Source: a candidate division WOR-3 bacterium
Lineage (GTDB): Bacteria; Hydrothermota; Tepidihabitantia; Tepidihabitantales; Tepidihabitantaceae
Assembly (NCBI GenBank): GCA_965648935.1
Contig: CBFGIY010000008.1
Location: forward strand, 1 to 47,820
DNA length: 47,820 bases
Direction: 5' to 3'
Shown: piece after piece, positions 1 to 9,751 of the stretch
Layout: every line of letters begins with the position of its first letter
How positions within the stretch are numbered: the first letter of the stretch is position 1
The notes under the pieces: generated by a model
Seen by the model: only the letters and a program-made list of their open reading frames with translations
What the model was told of the DNA's origin: nothing
Databases searched by the model: none
Program-made: the position numbers and the translations under genes

Positions 1-1054
1 GCGGAGTCTCCGACGTATTCTGAGTGCTCAACGTGACATAAACGGGCGTGCCGGACGGGACGCTGACCGTTCCGGTCAGGATGGTCCCGACCGTCAGGGT
101 GCCGCCGACCGACAGGTCGCCGCTCGTCCGGGTCGAACCGGCCACGTTCAGCCGGAAAGTATCCGGGTTGGTCGTGCCGACGCCGACGTTGCCGCGGTAG
201 TTGATGCGCATCCGCTCCGCGGAGTTGTAGCCGAGTTGGGTATTGCCGGTGTAGAACTGGATGTTGCCGTACTGGCTGGGGTTGTGCTCCTTGGCAACGA
301 AGCTGAGCGCACCCTGGGTATGGCCCATGCCGTAGCTGACGTTGGGCGATGGGTACAGGTAGGTCGCAAACGCCGGGTAGTCAACCGTCGCGCCGGCGAA
401 GTTGCGGTCAACGCCGCTGGCGCGTTCCGCGTAGACCACGGGGTGCGTGGTGGCGTCGCGCACCCAGAGCTTCACGAGCGTGTTGTTCGCCGCGCCGCCG
501 ACCGCCACTCTCCCGCCCGACTGCTGAACAACCGACGTGTCCAGCGTACTGCCGTCTGTCCACAGAGGAACGTAGCCCGCAGTCCCCGAACCTGACACCA
601 TTCCCGAATGGCTGTGCCCCGCGGTCGCGAAGTATGCCCCGTCCTGGCCGTCGAGCTTGTCGGCATCCGCGGCCTTGAGGCTGTAGGGCGCGCTGACCAC
701 CCGGACGCGCGGGCTGATGGTGACGCCGTCAACGATGACCTGCAGGTAGCAGTCCGGCCCGTCCGGTATCACGAGCGGCTGTGTGCTGCCCAGGACCGTG
801 TTGAATATCCCGTTGGTGAAGCTGACGGTCTGCGCTTCCTCCCAGGTCTTGTTGCCGCCGGAAGCCGCGTCGTAAACCTCGAACGTGACGCTCTTCGTCC
901 CCTGGATTGGGTTACCTGACTCGTCGGCCAGCTTGCCCTGGTAGTTTATCATCTGGGGAGCTGTGATAGCGTCGGTCTCGACCTTGACTGCCTCGGTCTG
1001 CCCGGCCCAGAGAACGGCCGTCAGCAGAATCAGCGTGATGATGCTTCGGTGCAT
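1..1054 (-). CDS. Secreted fibre/adhesin-like protein, N-terminal part (runs off the window edge)
   Basis: Absent from the ORF track because it has no stop in the window. Manual translation from ATG 1054 (GGAGG SD upstream): MHRSIITLILLTAVLWAG signal peptide, then INYQGKLADESGNPIQG..TFEVYDAASGG..WEE..GIFNTVLG, DADKLDG and ERMRINYRGNVGVGTTNP, motifs typical of bacterial tail-fibre-like surface proteins. Confidence 0.75.
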   Translation of the reverse strand, partial: MHRSIITLILLTAVLWAGQTEAVKVETDAITAPQMINYQGKLADESGNPIQGTKSVTFEVYDAASGGNKTWEEAQTVSFTNGIFNTVLGSTQPLVIPDGPDCYLQVIVDGVTISPRVRVVSAPYSLKAADADKLDGQDGAYFATAGHSHSGMVSGSGTAGYVPLWTDGSTLDTSVVQQSGGRVAVGGAANNTLVKLWVRDATTHPVVYAERASGVDRNFAGATVDYPAFATYLYPSPNVSYGMGHTQGALSFVAKEHNPSQYGNIQFYTGNTQLGYNSAERMRINYRGNVGVGTTNPDTFRLNVAGSTRTSGDLSVGGTLTVGTILTGTVSVPSGTPVYVTLSTQNTSETP

Positions 1055-1228
1055 CGTACCTCCCTCTGTCTTTGCGATCGCTCCAAGCGGCGTCTGTTGA
1101 AGCGGCCGGACTGTCGCTTGTGTATCCGGTCACTTGCATGGTCGCGCAGAAGCGCTGGAATGACAACACCAGCCTCAAGCCGCTGCCGCGGCTGGCCGGT
1201 GTAGCCCGAACCCCGGCCAATCGGCGAA

Positions 1229-1256
1229 AGCATACCCCCCCCCGCTTCTGTGTCAA
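1229..1256 (-). promoter_or_regulatory. sigma70-type promoter TTGACA-N16-TATGCT
   Basis: Read on the reverse strand, about 170 nt upstream of ATG 1054. Confidence 0.7.
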
Positions 1257-1388
1257 GAAGATATTGTGCTGACTATATTGCATCGGTCGCGCTGCCGCTG
1301 TGACAAGGCGTGAGATGCTTGGCGCGGCCGGGACGCGCCACTGCGAGAACGCAGTGCGGAATGACCGGTGCGGGGGCGGCCAGTTGTC

Positions 1389-1416
1389 TTGACCGCCCGG
1401 CCCCGTTCCCTATACT
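1389..1416 (+). promoter_or_regulatory. Promoter TTGACC-N16-TATACT, probably leaderless
   Basis: The -10 box ends 6 nt before GTG 1423; no SD. Confidence 0.7.
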
Positions 1417-1422
1417 CAAGTC

Positions 1423-2079
1423 GTGCAAGCGGTACGCCTCGAGCCGGCTCACAGTCTCCTGGAAAACTTCTCCGTCGCCGAGCTGGCCAAGCTGGCGCGC
1501 GCGGCCGAGATTGCCGACCCGCCCCGCACCCGGCGCGCCCTGGTCCGCGCCATCACCCGCCACATCGCCCTCGATGAGATCGTCGAGCACCTGCCCGCGC
1601 TGTTCTCGCTACCGGGACGCGATGGCTTACGCCTCGGCCGCACGCGCGGCTCCGACGAAGTGCGCCTCGACCGGCTCGAGCGCGCCCACGGCGCGGTCAC
1701 GGCCCAGGTCTATTCTCCGAGCCGGCCCGCACTGGGCCAGCTGCTGCTCGAACACGGCGACCATTGCCTCGTCCTCGGCTTTGTCAACATGCCGCTGGTA
1801 CTGGAGAACCGCTGGACCGTCATCGGCCGCGATGCCGGTCCGGTTCCCTTGAACCGGCTCTACGCCGCTTTCTCCCGGCCCGGGGTCATTCACGCCGCGG
1901 CTGGGGCGCCGCCGCCCCGCAACCGGCCGTTCATCATCGACGAAGGCAGCTACCAGTTGCGCGACGCGCGCCTCCGCCTCGAGCTGCTCCGCGCCGGCCC
2001 GGTGTCGTTCTCGGTCGTTTTCCTGCGCCACCGGCCGCCCGCACTGCGACCGGAATACATCTTCGACCCCATCGCCTGA
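1423..2079 (+). CDS. Hypothetical protein (218 aa)
   Basis: Strong GC3 codon bias, protein-like composition and a promoter directly upstream. Confidence 0.7.
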   Translation: MQAVRLEPAHSLLENFSVAELAKLARAAEIADPPRTRRALVRAITRHIALDEIVEHLPALFSLPGRDGLRLGRTRGSDEVRLDRLERAHGAVTAQVYSPSRPALGQLLLEHGDHCLVLGFVNMPLVLENRWTVIGRDAGPVPLNRLYAAFSRPGVIHAAAGAPPPRNRPFIIDEGSYQLRDARLRLELLRAGPVSFSVVFLRHRPPALRPEYIFDPIA

Positions 2080-2124
2080 GCCTGCCGCGCTTGACGCGCG
2101 CCGCAGGCAAGCCAGAATCACGCG

Positions 2125-3069
2125 ATGTTCGGACTGCTCGTCCTCGCGGTTGCGCCCAGCCTCGCGCTGTTTCTGTTCTTCTACCTGCGCGGACGGAGCA
2201 AAGGCCCGGCCCCGACGATAATCACGACTTTCCTGCTCGGCGCGGCTGCGGTCGCGCCCGCCGCGCTGGCGACAATCGGGCTTGAGCGGCTGACCGGCTG
2301 GCGTTCGAGCACGCCCGACCTGCTGCAATCGCTGCTCGGCGCGCTCTTCATCGTCGGCGTCGTCGAAGAAACCGCCAAGTTTCTCGTGGTTCGGCTTCAC
2401 GCCTTTCCTCGGCGCGAGTTTGACGAACCCTACGACGGCATTCTCTACTCGGTCATCGCGGCGCTCGGGTTCGCCACGGTCGAGAACATCTACTATGTCC
2501 TTACCCACGGCGCCGGCACCGGCATCGCCCGGGCTCTGGTCGCGGTGCCCAACCACGCGTTCTGCGGCGTGCTGATGGGCTTCTTTCTCGGTCTGGCCAA
2601 GTTCGTCCCGAGCGACATCAAAGGCGACCTGCTTGCCGGGCTGGGCCTGGCCCTGGCCGTGCTCGCCCACGGCGTGTACGACTGGATCGTGTTCTCGGTA
2701 CGCTCGACCCCGCTGCTCGTCGTATTCCTGCTGCTGTTTGCCGCGCTCGCCTGGGTGATAATCTTCCGGGCGACACGCCACCACGCCGAGCGCTCGCCCT
2801 ATGGCCGGCCCCTGTTGGCCGACCTGCACCGCAACGGCGTGTCCGGCCGCGCCGTGCCGACTGGCCCGGCCGTGACCCAGTCCGACGCCATTGCGGCGCG
2901 CGACCGCGCTCGGCCGGCTTACCGTTCGGTTGCCGGCACGCCGACCGCCTTTCTTGAGAGCGAAACCGACAGACCCGGCGCGGTCGAAGTTGTCGGCGAC
3001 GCCGACGGCCCGGTGGTGGGCGATGACTCTGGCGCCGACCCGCGCGCCGATACCCGGCCCCGGGCCTAA
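2125..3069 (+). CDS. PrsW-family intramembrane glutamic protease
   Basis: Multiple TM helices with VEETAKF, GFATVEN, PNH and HGVYD motifs. Promoter TTGACG-N16-CAGAAT ends 6 nt before the ATG. Confidence 0.85.
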   Translation: MFGLLVLAVAPSLALFLFFYLRGRSKGPAPTIITTFLLGAAAVAPAALATIGLERLTGWRSSTPDLLQSLLGALFIVGVVEETAKFLVVRLHAFPRREFDEPYDGILYSVIAALGFATVENIYYVLTHGAGTGIARALVAVPNHAFCGVLMGFFLGLAKFVPSDIKGDLLAGLGLALAVLAHGVYDWIVFSVRSTPLLVVFLLLFAALAWVIIFRATRHHAERSPYGRPLLADLHRNGVSGRAVPTGPAVTQSDAIAARDRARPAYRSVAGTPTAFLESETDRPGAVEVVGDADGPVVGDDSGADPRADTRPRA

Positions 3070-3698
3070 CCGCGCGAGAGAGAGAACTCGGCTATCGCCT
3101 GCCGAGAAAGCGGATGCTCACCCAAGAGCCGGATCACTTCCAGCGGCAGCGTCAGGTGGTCTGCCCCGGCGATAACTGCGGCCGCGGCTTCTTCACTCGA
3201 CTTGACGCTCGCCGCGAGAATCTCGACCCGCCGGCCCGACGCTCGCACCGCGGCGGCCATCTCTGAGACCAGCTTCATTCCGTCGCCCATCAGCCGCGTC
3301 GCGCGGTTGACATACGGTATCGCGTAGCGCGCCCCGGCCTCGGCCGCAAGCCAGGCCTGCGCCGGTGAGTAAACCGCGGTCGCCGCACAGGGAATGTCGG
3401 GCGCGAGCCGCGCAAGAAGCGCGAAGTTCTCGGTCGTGGCCGGAATCTTGAGCACGACCTTGTCCGGCGCGATGCGGCTGATTGCCCGCCCCTCGGCCTC
3501 GCGCTCCTCGGCGCTTGCTGCGGTTACCTGATAGAACACCGGGCCGGGCACGATGCGGCACAGCTCGGCGATTACCTCCGCAGGCTCCTCCCGCATCCGC
3601 GCCATCAGGGCCGGGTTGGTGGTGCAGCCCCGCACGAACCCGAGCGCGACCGCCTGCCTGACCTCGGCCGGTTCAGCGCTGTCGATGAACAGAGCCAT
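3066..3698 (-). CDS. Transaldolase family, fructose-6-phosphate aldolase (FSA)-type
   Basis: MALFIDSA, GCTTNPALM, KIPAT (Schiff-base Lys), AIPYVNR, ILAASVK. True start is ATG 3698 with GAGGTG SD. Confidence 0.88.
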   Translation of the reverse strand: MALFIDSAEPAEVRQAVALGFVRGCTTNPALMARMREEPAEVIAELCRIVPGPVFYQVTAASAEEREAEGRAISRIAPDKVVLKIPATTENFALLARLAPDIPCAATAVYSPAQAWLAAEAGARYAIPYVNRATRLMGDGMKLVSEMAAAVRASGRRVEILAASVKSSEEAAAAVIAGADHLTLPLEVIRLLGEHPLSRQAIAEFSLSRG

Positions 3699-3702
3699 CC
3701 GA

Positions 3703-4680
3703 TCACCTCTCTTTCGCGTACCGGGCCAGCATCTCCTCGACCGCGGCGCGCCGCGGCATCGCCGGCTCGGCGCCTTCAACCGTGCAGGCCAGCGCGCCGC
3801 AGGCATTGGCGAACCGCACCGCGTCGTCGATCGGCGCGCCCTCGGCCAGGCGCACGGCCAACCCGGCGCGAAACGCGTCGCCGGCCCCGGTGGTATCAAC
3901 CGCATCGACCGCCAACGCGGGAAACCCGCGCCAGCCCTGCGCGTCAAACACGACCGCGCCCTGCACGCCCAGCGACACGACCAGGGCCCGCATCAGCGGC
4001 CGCAGCAGCCGCGCGGCCCAGCGTTCCGGATCGTCGCTGTGCGCCAGCACCGTCGCCTCGTGCTCGTTCGGCACCAGCACGTCTGCCTCTATCCTGCCGG
4101 GCAGATGCCCTTCCGGGTGTCTCTCGTGCCACGGCGCGTTGGTGTCCGACCCCTCACCGTGGGTGTGCGGGGCGGGCGCCGGGTCGAGCAGGACCATCGT
4201 TCCGGCCGCGCGCGCGATCTCTGCCGCGCGGCGCGCCGCCGCGATGTTGACCTCGAACTGCAACATCAGCACGTCAGCCGCCTCGATGGCCGCCCGCGCC
4301 CGCTCGACCTCGGCCGGCGACAGCCGCCGGTTGGCGCGGGGCACCACGACGATCGAGTTCTCGCCGGACGAGTCCACGGTCGGGCAGGCCACGGCCGTGC
4401 CCTCGGTCTCGTCGCGTTCGACCAGCGCGGCGATACCTTCGCGCGCCAGCGCCGCGTCGAACCGGCGGCCGAAATCATCGGCCCCGCACCGGCCGACGAA
4501 TGTCACCTCGGCCCCGAGCCGCCGACAAGCCACTGCCTGGTTGAATCCCTTGCCCCCGAGATACATACCGAAACCGTCGCCGATCGCGGTTTCGCCCGGC
4601 CCGGGCCGCCGAGTCACCCGGAACACCAGATCCATCACCATCGACCCGACAATGCAGATTCGCGGTCCTGCTCCCTTCAT
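3703..4680 (-). CDS. rbsK: Ribokinase (PfkB family)
   Basis: VGSMVMDL, GGKGFNQAVA, PNEHE and DTTGAGDAF motifs; start ATG 4680. Confidence 0.85.
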   Translation of the reverse strand: MKGAGPRICIVGSMVMDLVFRVTRRPGPGETAIGDGFGMYLGGKGFNQAVACRRLGAEVTFVGRCGADDFGRRFDAALAREGIAALVERDETEGTAVACPTVDSSGENSIVVVPRANRRLSPAEVERARAAIEAADVLMLQFEVNIAAARRAAEIARAAGTMVLLDPAPAPHTHGEGSDTNAPWHERHPEGHLPGRIEADVLVPNEHEATVLAHSDDPERWAARLLRPLMRALVVSLGVQGAVVFDAQGWRGFPALAVDAVDTTGAGDAFRAGLAVRLAEGAPIDDAVRFANACGALACTVEGAEPAMPRRAAVEEMLARYAKER

Positions 4681-4696
4681 CTGCCCGCGTGAAGCA

Positions 4697-5074
4697 TCAC
4701 TCGTCGGCCGCCGGCTTGTCCCGAAACAGCGCCGAAAGAACAACCGTCGCCACCGACACTATCAGCGCGCCCCAGAACGCCGCCCAGAACCCGCGTACGT
4801 GAAACCCGACGTGAAACCAGTTGACCGCGATGCTCGAAGCGAGCCACAGGGTCAGCGCGTTGATGACCAGCGAGAACAATCCCAGTGTCAGGATGATGAG
4901 GCCGCAGGACAGGAACTTCAGCACCGGCCGGATTACGGCGTTCACCAGCCCCAGCACCACGGCCATCACGGCAAACACCCACCACGCGTTGGGTTCGACC
5001 TCGATGCCCGGCACTATCCACGCCGCGAGAAACAGGGCCAGCGCGGCTACCAGCCAGCGAATCAGCAGGTGCAT
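4697..5074 (-). CDS. 4-TM membrane protein, YvlD/DUF360 (phage holin-like) family
   Basis: GLVNAVIRPVLKFL..TLGLFSLVINA..GFWAAFWGAL signature; GGAGG SD. Confidence 0.85.
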   Translation of the reverse strand: MHLLIRWLVAALALFLAAWIVPGIEVEPNAWWVFAVMAVVLGLVNAVIRPVLKFLSCGLIILTLGLFSLVINALTLWLASSIAVNWFHVGFHVRGFWAAFWGALIVSVATVVLSALFRDKPAADE

Positions 5075-5157
5075 CTCTTCAGACCTCCTCTCAGGCGACC
5101 CCGGGCACGCCCGGTGCCATCATACTGGCTTCGCATTGGCGGCGCGTCAACACCCGA

Positions 5158-6474
5158 TCAGGCGTACTCGGGCGGCTCGACCGCCACCGGCTCGGCCGGC
5201 TGGAACTGCACCTTCCAGCGGTGTATCAGGTAGCGGGCCAGCGTCGGAACCGGTATCGTCGTCAGCACCGACAGCACGACCACCGCGTTGAAGAACGTCG
5301 GCGGCAGCATCCCCAGTTCCAGCGCGACCGCGGCGGCGGCCAGCGTCGCAGAGAGCTGGGGCACGGTGAACAGACCGGCCAGCAGGCTGCGTTGGTTGTC
5401 GAACCCGGCAATGCGCAGCGCGAGCCAGCCCGAGCCGATCTTGCTCGCGACCAGTGCCACGACCGTCACCCCGACAATCGCGAGCCCGTCCCAGCCCGTC
5501 GCCAGCACCCGCAGGTCGGTCTTCATCCCGATGACGAGGAAGGTGAATGGTATCAGGAGGCCGTGGCCGATGCCCTCGACCCGGCGGTGCAGTATGTCGC
5601 CGCCGTCGTGGAATCCTCCCGTGCGCACGAACGCCATCCCGGCGACGAACGCACCGACGATGATGCTGATGCCGATGAACTCGCCCAGCGTCACCGCGAC
5701 CAGCAGCGCGAGCAGGAACACCAGCAGGCGGAACTCGCTGTCCGGTTTCAGCCAGCAGAACACCCGCTTCAGCACCTCGGGCAGGCCGAAGAGCAACACC
5801 AGCACGTACAGCACCACGGCCAGCCCGAACGCCAGGAAAAACCACGGCCCGTAGAGCGCCGGGTCGAGCGTGTCGAACAACGAAACGCCCGCCGGCGCGC
5901 CGACCGCGGCGTGGCGCCGCAACTGCACCGCCACCGCGAACAGCACCAGACTCGCGAGGTCAGTGATGACCGTCGCCACCAGCACCGACACGCCGAACCG
6001 CGTGCGCACCACGCCGAGCTCGCGGATGACCGGGAACACGATGCCGACCGAGTGGGATGCGAACAGCGAGGCATAGACCAGCTTGCCGATGGCGTCGTCG
6101 GGCCGGAACAGCGAGTATGCGAAGTACCCGAAGACCGCGGGTATGATGAAGGTGAGGACCGACAGGCTGGCCACCGCACCGCGCTCGCGCTTCAGCGAGC
6201 CGAACTCGACCTCCATCCCGGCCAGCGCCATCAGGAAGATCAGCCCGAGCAGGCCCATCGCCTCGAGCGCCGAGAACAGCTCGCTTGCCGGGTAGCCACG
6301 ACTGAACAACCGCGCCAGCCGGCCGACAACGTCCAGCGCGTTCGGGCCGACGATGACCCCGACAAGCATCATCGCCGACACCGCGGGTACGTGGAACCGG
6401 CGCAGCAGCAGCGGCCCGAGCGTTACCAGCGCGATGAGGACGAGAAACATTATCAGGAACGTGAGCCCGGTCAT
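5158..6474 (-). CDS. Cation:proton antiporter (CPA2 family)
   Basis: About 13 TM segments; GLIFLMALAGME, FASHS, VITD and GAFVAG motifs. Confidence 0.85.
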   Translation of the reverse strand: MTGLTFLIMFLVLIALVTLGPLLLRRFHVPAVSAMMLVGVIVGPNALDVVGRLARLFSRGYPASELFSALEAMGLLGLIFLMALAGMEVEFGSLKRERGAVASLSVLTFIIPAVFGYFAYSLFRPDDAIGKLVYASLFASHSVGIVFPVIRELGVVRTRFGVSVLVATVITDLASLVLFAVAVQLRRHAAVGAPAGVSLFDTLDPALYGPWFFLAFGLAVVLYVLVLLFGLPEVLKRVFCWLKPDSEFRLLVFLLALLVAVTLGEFIGISIIVGAFVAGMAFVRTGGFHDGGDILHRRVEGIGHGLLIPFTFLVIGMKTDLRVLATGWDGLAIVGVTVVALVASKIGSGWLALRIAGFDNQRSLLAGLFTVPQLSATLAAAAVALELGMLPPTFFNAVVVLSVLTTIPVPTLARYLIHRWKVQFQPAEPVAVEPPEYA

Positions 6475-6558
6475 CGCTGATTATGCCTCGCCGTTGTCAC
6501 GGCCCAATCTACCCCGTGTCAGGCGCGGGTCAACGTCGGTTTCGCGAGCGGCCCTGAT

Positions 6559-7302
6559 TCAGCGAGAGAAGACTGGTTCCAGCGCGGCAGTCTCGGCCCA
6601 GCCGCCTTCGCCGCCCGGCACCTGCACCAGCATCCAGCCGGGACGGCGCTCGCGCACCACAACCTCGAGCCCGTCGTGAACCACGGCAAGGTCTTTGTAC
6701 TCCTCGCCCGGCCCGGAGCGCAGCGTGACCTCCGGCATCACCACGACCGCGCGCGCCGGGCTGGTGAAACCGGCCCAGGACAGCGACCCGGCCAGCAGGT
6801 ACGCGAACACCACGCCGAAACCGATGCCGAACCAGCCCAAGGGCCGCCAGCCAGTGACAAACATCGCGGCCAGCGCAAGCGCGGCGAGGAAGAACATCAC
6901 ACCGGCCAGCAGCCGGGTGGCCGCAGCCGGCAGCAACCGCAGGAGGCTGGCCAGACCGCGCGCGATCGGATTCTCCTGCGTCAGGGTCTTGTCGGCACGG
7001 TATCGGCGCGCAAACTCCAGGTTATGGCGGATTGCCGGATCGGACGGCGCGAGCGCGAGTGCCCGGTTGTAGTCGGCTATTGCCCGTCCAACCTGGCCGA
7101 GCTTGAAGAAGGCATTGCCGCGGTTGTACAGCGCGGCCGCCGAACTGTGGCGCTCGAGCGCGCTGTCGTAGAGCGCGGTCGCGCCCGCGTAATCCTGCTC
7201 CTCGTACGCGGCATTGCCGCGCTCGAACAGCTCGACCGGCCCTGCGCTCGCCAGCGCGCCGATCGTAAGCAGCAGAAAAACTCCGGGCAATCGGCGGACC
7301 AT
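6559..7302 (-). CDS. batE: BatE-like TPR + SH3b protein
   Basis: Signal peptide, TPRs (LYNRGNAFFKLGQVGRAIADY), 2 TM and a C-terminal SH3 (LRSGPG..HDG..GW); last gene of the Bat operon. Confidence 0.8.
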   Translation of the reverse strand: MVRRLPGVFLLLTIGALASAGPVELFERGNAAYEEQDYAGATALYDSALERHSSAAALYNRGNAFFKLGQVGRAIADYNRALALAPSDPAIRHNLEFARRYRADKTLTQENPIARGLASLLRLLPAAATRLLAGVMFFLAALALAAMFVTGWRPLGWFGIGFGVVFAYLLAGSLSWAGFTSPARAVVVMPEVTLRSGPGEEYKDLAVVHDGLEVVVRERRPGWMLVQVPGGEGGWAETAALEPVFSR

Positions 7303-9077
7303 CACAGCTTCTCCAGTATCGTTCGTGCGCGCTCCAGCAACTCTTTCGGATCGCACTGCGCCATCCCCGGCGAGAAACGGGCGAAATCGCACTGGCTGGT
7401 GACCCCGAGGATAGCCGTGACGGTGTCGCCGTCAACGCCGCGTCGGGCCAGCTCGGCGCGCAGCTCGTCGCCGGTCATCCCGGCTGCCTCGAGGTTGAAC
7501 CGGTCGCCGACGTATCCGACAACAGCGGTTGAGAGCGCCGCATAGAACCCGCGCAGGTCATCGCGCTTGAGCAGCGCGGTCGCTTCCTTCAGCCGCGCGC
7601 GCACAAGCCGGCTGGACCGCGCGCGCCGCGCATAGCCGCGGTCGGCCGCGAGCCGGCGCCGGTGGCGGCCCATCACCGCGCCCGTTGCCAGCGCCAGCAG
7701 TCCCAGCGGGTAGAACACCACCGGCCACGCGCCGGGCGCGGACGGCGTGAACCGGGCCGCGGTCTTGATATGGCGGATGTCCGAGCCAAAACTCCGCGCG
7801 GCCGCCTGCTCGGGCAGCGGCGCGCTGCGCGCCGCCGCGCCGGTCGCCACAAACTCGAGCCGCGGCGTGCGCAGGGTGTAGTAGCTCGCGGTCTTCGGGT
7901 TGAAAAAGCTCATCGCCATCTCCGGCACCACTAGCTTGCCGTCGGCCTGGGGTATCAGCGGCCAGGCGAAGGTCCGGCTTCCCGCAACGCGGCCGGACGC
8001 GATTCGGGTTTCCTGTCTTGTCTCGGGCGGCAGCACCCGCGCGCCCGCGACCTGGGGCGCGGCCGGCTCGCCGATGAGCCCGATGTTGCCGGTGCCGGTC
8101 ACCTTCACGGTCAGCGTCACCGGCTCGCCGTCAGCCGAACGGTCGCTGGACAGGCTGGCGTCCAGCTCGAACTCGCCCACGCCGCCGGAGAAATCGGCCG
8201 GCCGGCCCGCCTCGGGCAGAGGTTTGACACTGACGGTTATCGGGTCGGAACCGACCTCGAACGGCTCGGTGCTCTCAAAGAAGAATCCGCCCGGCACGAT
8301 GATATCGCCCTGGACGCTCATCCGGTCCAGCTTCAGTTCGCCGGCCCGAGTCGGGAAGAGCGCGACCCGTTTGAGTGTCGCCGCGCTGTAGCGCTGGCCG
8401 CCGTACTCCGCGTCACGGTACTCCAGATTCTTCGCGTCGAACAGACGTTCAGCCCAGAACCCGGAAAACGACGGCGTTTCCTTGATGCCGAGATTGCCGA
8501 TGCGCGCCCGGGTGTAGAAGGTGTAGGTCACGGTAACCTGCTCGCCGACAAACACCGCGGTCCGGTCGGCGCTCGCGCCCAGCCGCACGTAATCCGATGC
8601 CCGCCCCCCGCGCGGCGTCTGCGCCGGGCCGCTCGAGCGCGGCGGCGGGGCCGAGCTCTCACGCGTGACCGTGATGCCTATCGGCTGGGTCTGGTAGGTG
8701 GTTCCCTTGAAATCCAGCTTGCACGGGCCTATCACCAGCTCGCCCAGCTTCTTGGGTGAAAGGAAGTAAATGAAACTGATTGTCTGCTGCTGCGACATCC
8801 GCCCATTGACAAACTGGATGCTGGTCGACTGGGACTGCGTCGAGCCGAGCTGGTTGAAGTCGGACAGCTGCGGCAACTGGGGCCGGGGCGCAGATCCGAC
8901 ATTGCTGCCCTCTACCGTGACCGTGAGGGTGAGCTGCTCGCCCAGACCGACCGTGGTCCGGTCCACGCTCGCGCTGAAGTTCAGCTCGGCCGCGGCCGCA
9001 ACCGCCACCAACACGGAGAGGATGGCGAGCGCTCCGCTCGGTCGGCGAGCGCAAATCGGAAGGCGATGGCGTCTCAC
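7302..9077 (-). CDS. batD: BatD-family protein
   Basis: FSASVDRTTV.LGE, GGVGEF and DFARFSP motifs; operon position. Confidence 0.85.
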   Translation of the reverse strand: MRRHRLPICARRPSGALAILSVLVAVAAAAELNFSASVDRTTVGLGEQLTLTVTVEGSNVGSAPRPQLPQLSDFNQLGSTQSQSTSIQFVNGRMSQQQTISFIYFLSPKKLGELVIGPCKLDFKGTTYQTQPIGITVTRESSAPPPRSSGPAQTPRGGRASDYVRLGASADRTAVFVGEQVTVTYTFYTRARIGNLGIKETPSFSGFWAERLFDAKNLEYRDAEYGGQRYSAATLKRVALFPTRAGELKLDRMSVQGDIIVPGGFFFESTEPFEVGSDPITVSVKPLPEAGRPADFSGGVGEFELDASLSSDRSADGEPVTLTVKVTGTGNIGLIGEPAAPQVAGARVLPPETRQETRIASGRVAGSRTFAWPLIPQADGKLVVPEMAMSFFNPKTASYYTLRTPRLEFVATGAAARSAPLPEQAAARSFGSDIRHIKTAARFTPSAPGAWPVVFYPLGLLALATGAVMGRHRRRLAADRGYARRARSSRLVRARLKEATALLKRDDLRGFYAALSTAVVGYVGDRFNLEAAGMTGDELRAELARRGVDGDTVTAILGVTSQCDFARFSPGMAQCDPKELLERARTILEKL

Positions 9078-9079
9078 GG

Positions 9080-9751
9080 CTACCAGTCGCGCTCGACCTG
9101 CCTGCGCCCGCCGGCCTGGCGCTGCCGTTCCTGCTGGTCGCGTTCCTTATTCTGCACGGCCTGCAGTATGCGCTCAGCCTGGTCTTTGTCCATACCCTGC
9201 TGGGGCTGAGGCCGAGGACGCTGCTGTTGATCCTGCTGGTTCTGCTGTTGCTGTTGTTGCTGCTGCTGACTCTGCTGGTTCTGTTGCTGCTGCTCCTTCA
9301 GCTTGCGCAGGCAAAACTCAAGATTCTGCTTGGCCTGACGGTCCTTGGGATTCAGCACCAGCGCGGCCGTGTAGGCCTTGATTGCCTCGGCCAGCTGCCC
9401 GGCCTTGAACAGCGTGTTGCCGGCATTGTAGAGCGCGGCGGCGCGCCTTACCGGTCTCTTGTCGACCGCGGCGAGCTCGAGCTCGCGCAGCGCCTCCTGG
9501 TAGCGGCCGAGCCGGTAGAGCGCGCTTGCCTTGTTGAACCGGATGCTCGGTGCGTCGGGCTCAAGCAGCTCGGCCATTCCGTACCGGGCCAATGCCTCGT
9601 CGTATTTCCCTCGAATGTAGAGACTGTTGCCCTGCCGCATCAACCCGCCGACATCAGGCCTGGCCCACGCTGTCGAGCAGGCGGCAAAGACACACAGACC
9701 GCAGATGACCCGAACCGGGGCACTAGTGCGCTTGGTGGCCTTGTGGCCCAT
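9080..9751 (-). CDS. batC: BatC-like TPR protein with Gln-rich tail
   Basis: TPRs, AKQNLE, poly-Q (CAG-rich, about 9229-9293), QAERILQA and C-terminal ERDW. Confidence 0.8.
   Translation of the reverse strand: MGHKATKRTSAPVRVICGLCVFAACSTAWARPDVGGLMRQGNSLYIRGKYDEALARYGMAELLEPDAPSIRFNKASALYRLGRYQEALRELELAAVDKRPVRRAAALYNAGNTLFKAGQLAEAIKAYTAALVLNPKDRQAKQNLEFCLRKLKEQQQQNQQSQQQQQQQQQNQQDQQQRPRPQPQQGMDKDQAERILQAVQNKERDQQERQRQAGGRRQVERDW

Noticed and set aside
4795..4819. Two parS-like half sites (ACGTGAAAC)
   Set aside because: They do not form a full palindrome and are explained by the peptide FHVGFHV.
4697..5074. Holin as evidence of a prophage
   Set aside because: The DUF360/YvlD family is commonly chromosomal, and there are no phage genes nearby.
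9229..9293. CTG/CAG-rich simple repeat
   Set aside because: It encodes the normal poly-Gln linker of BatC.
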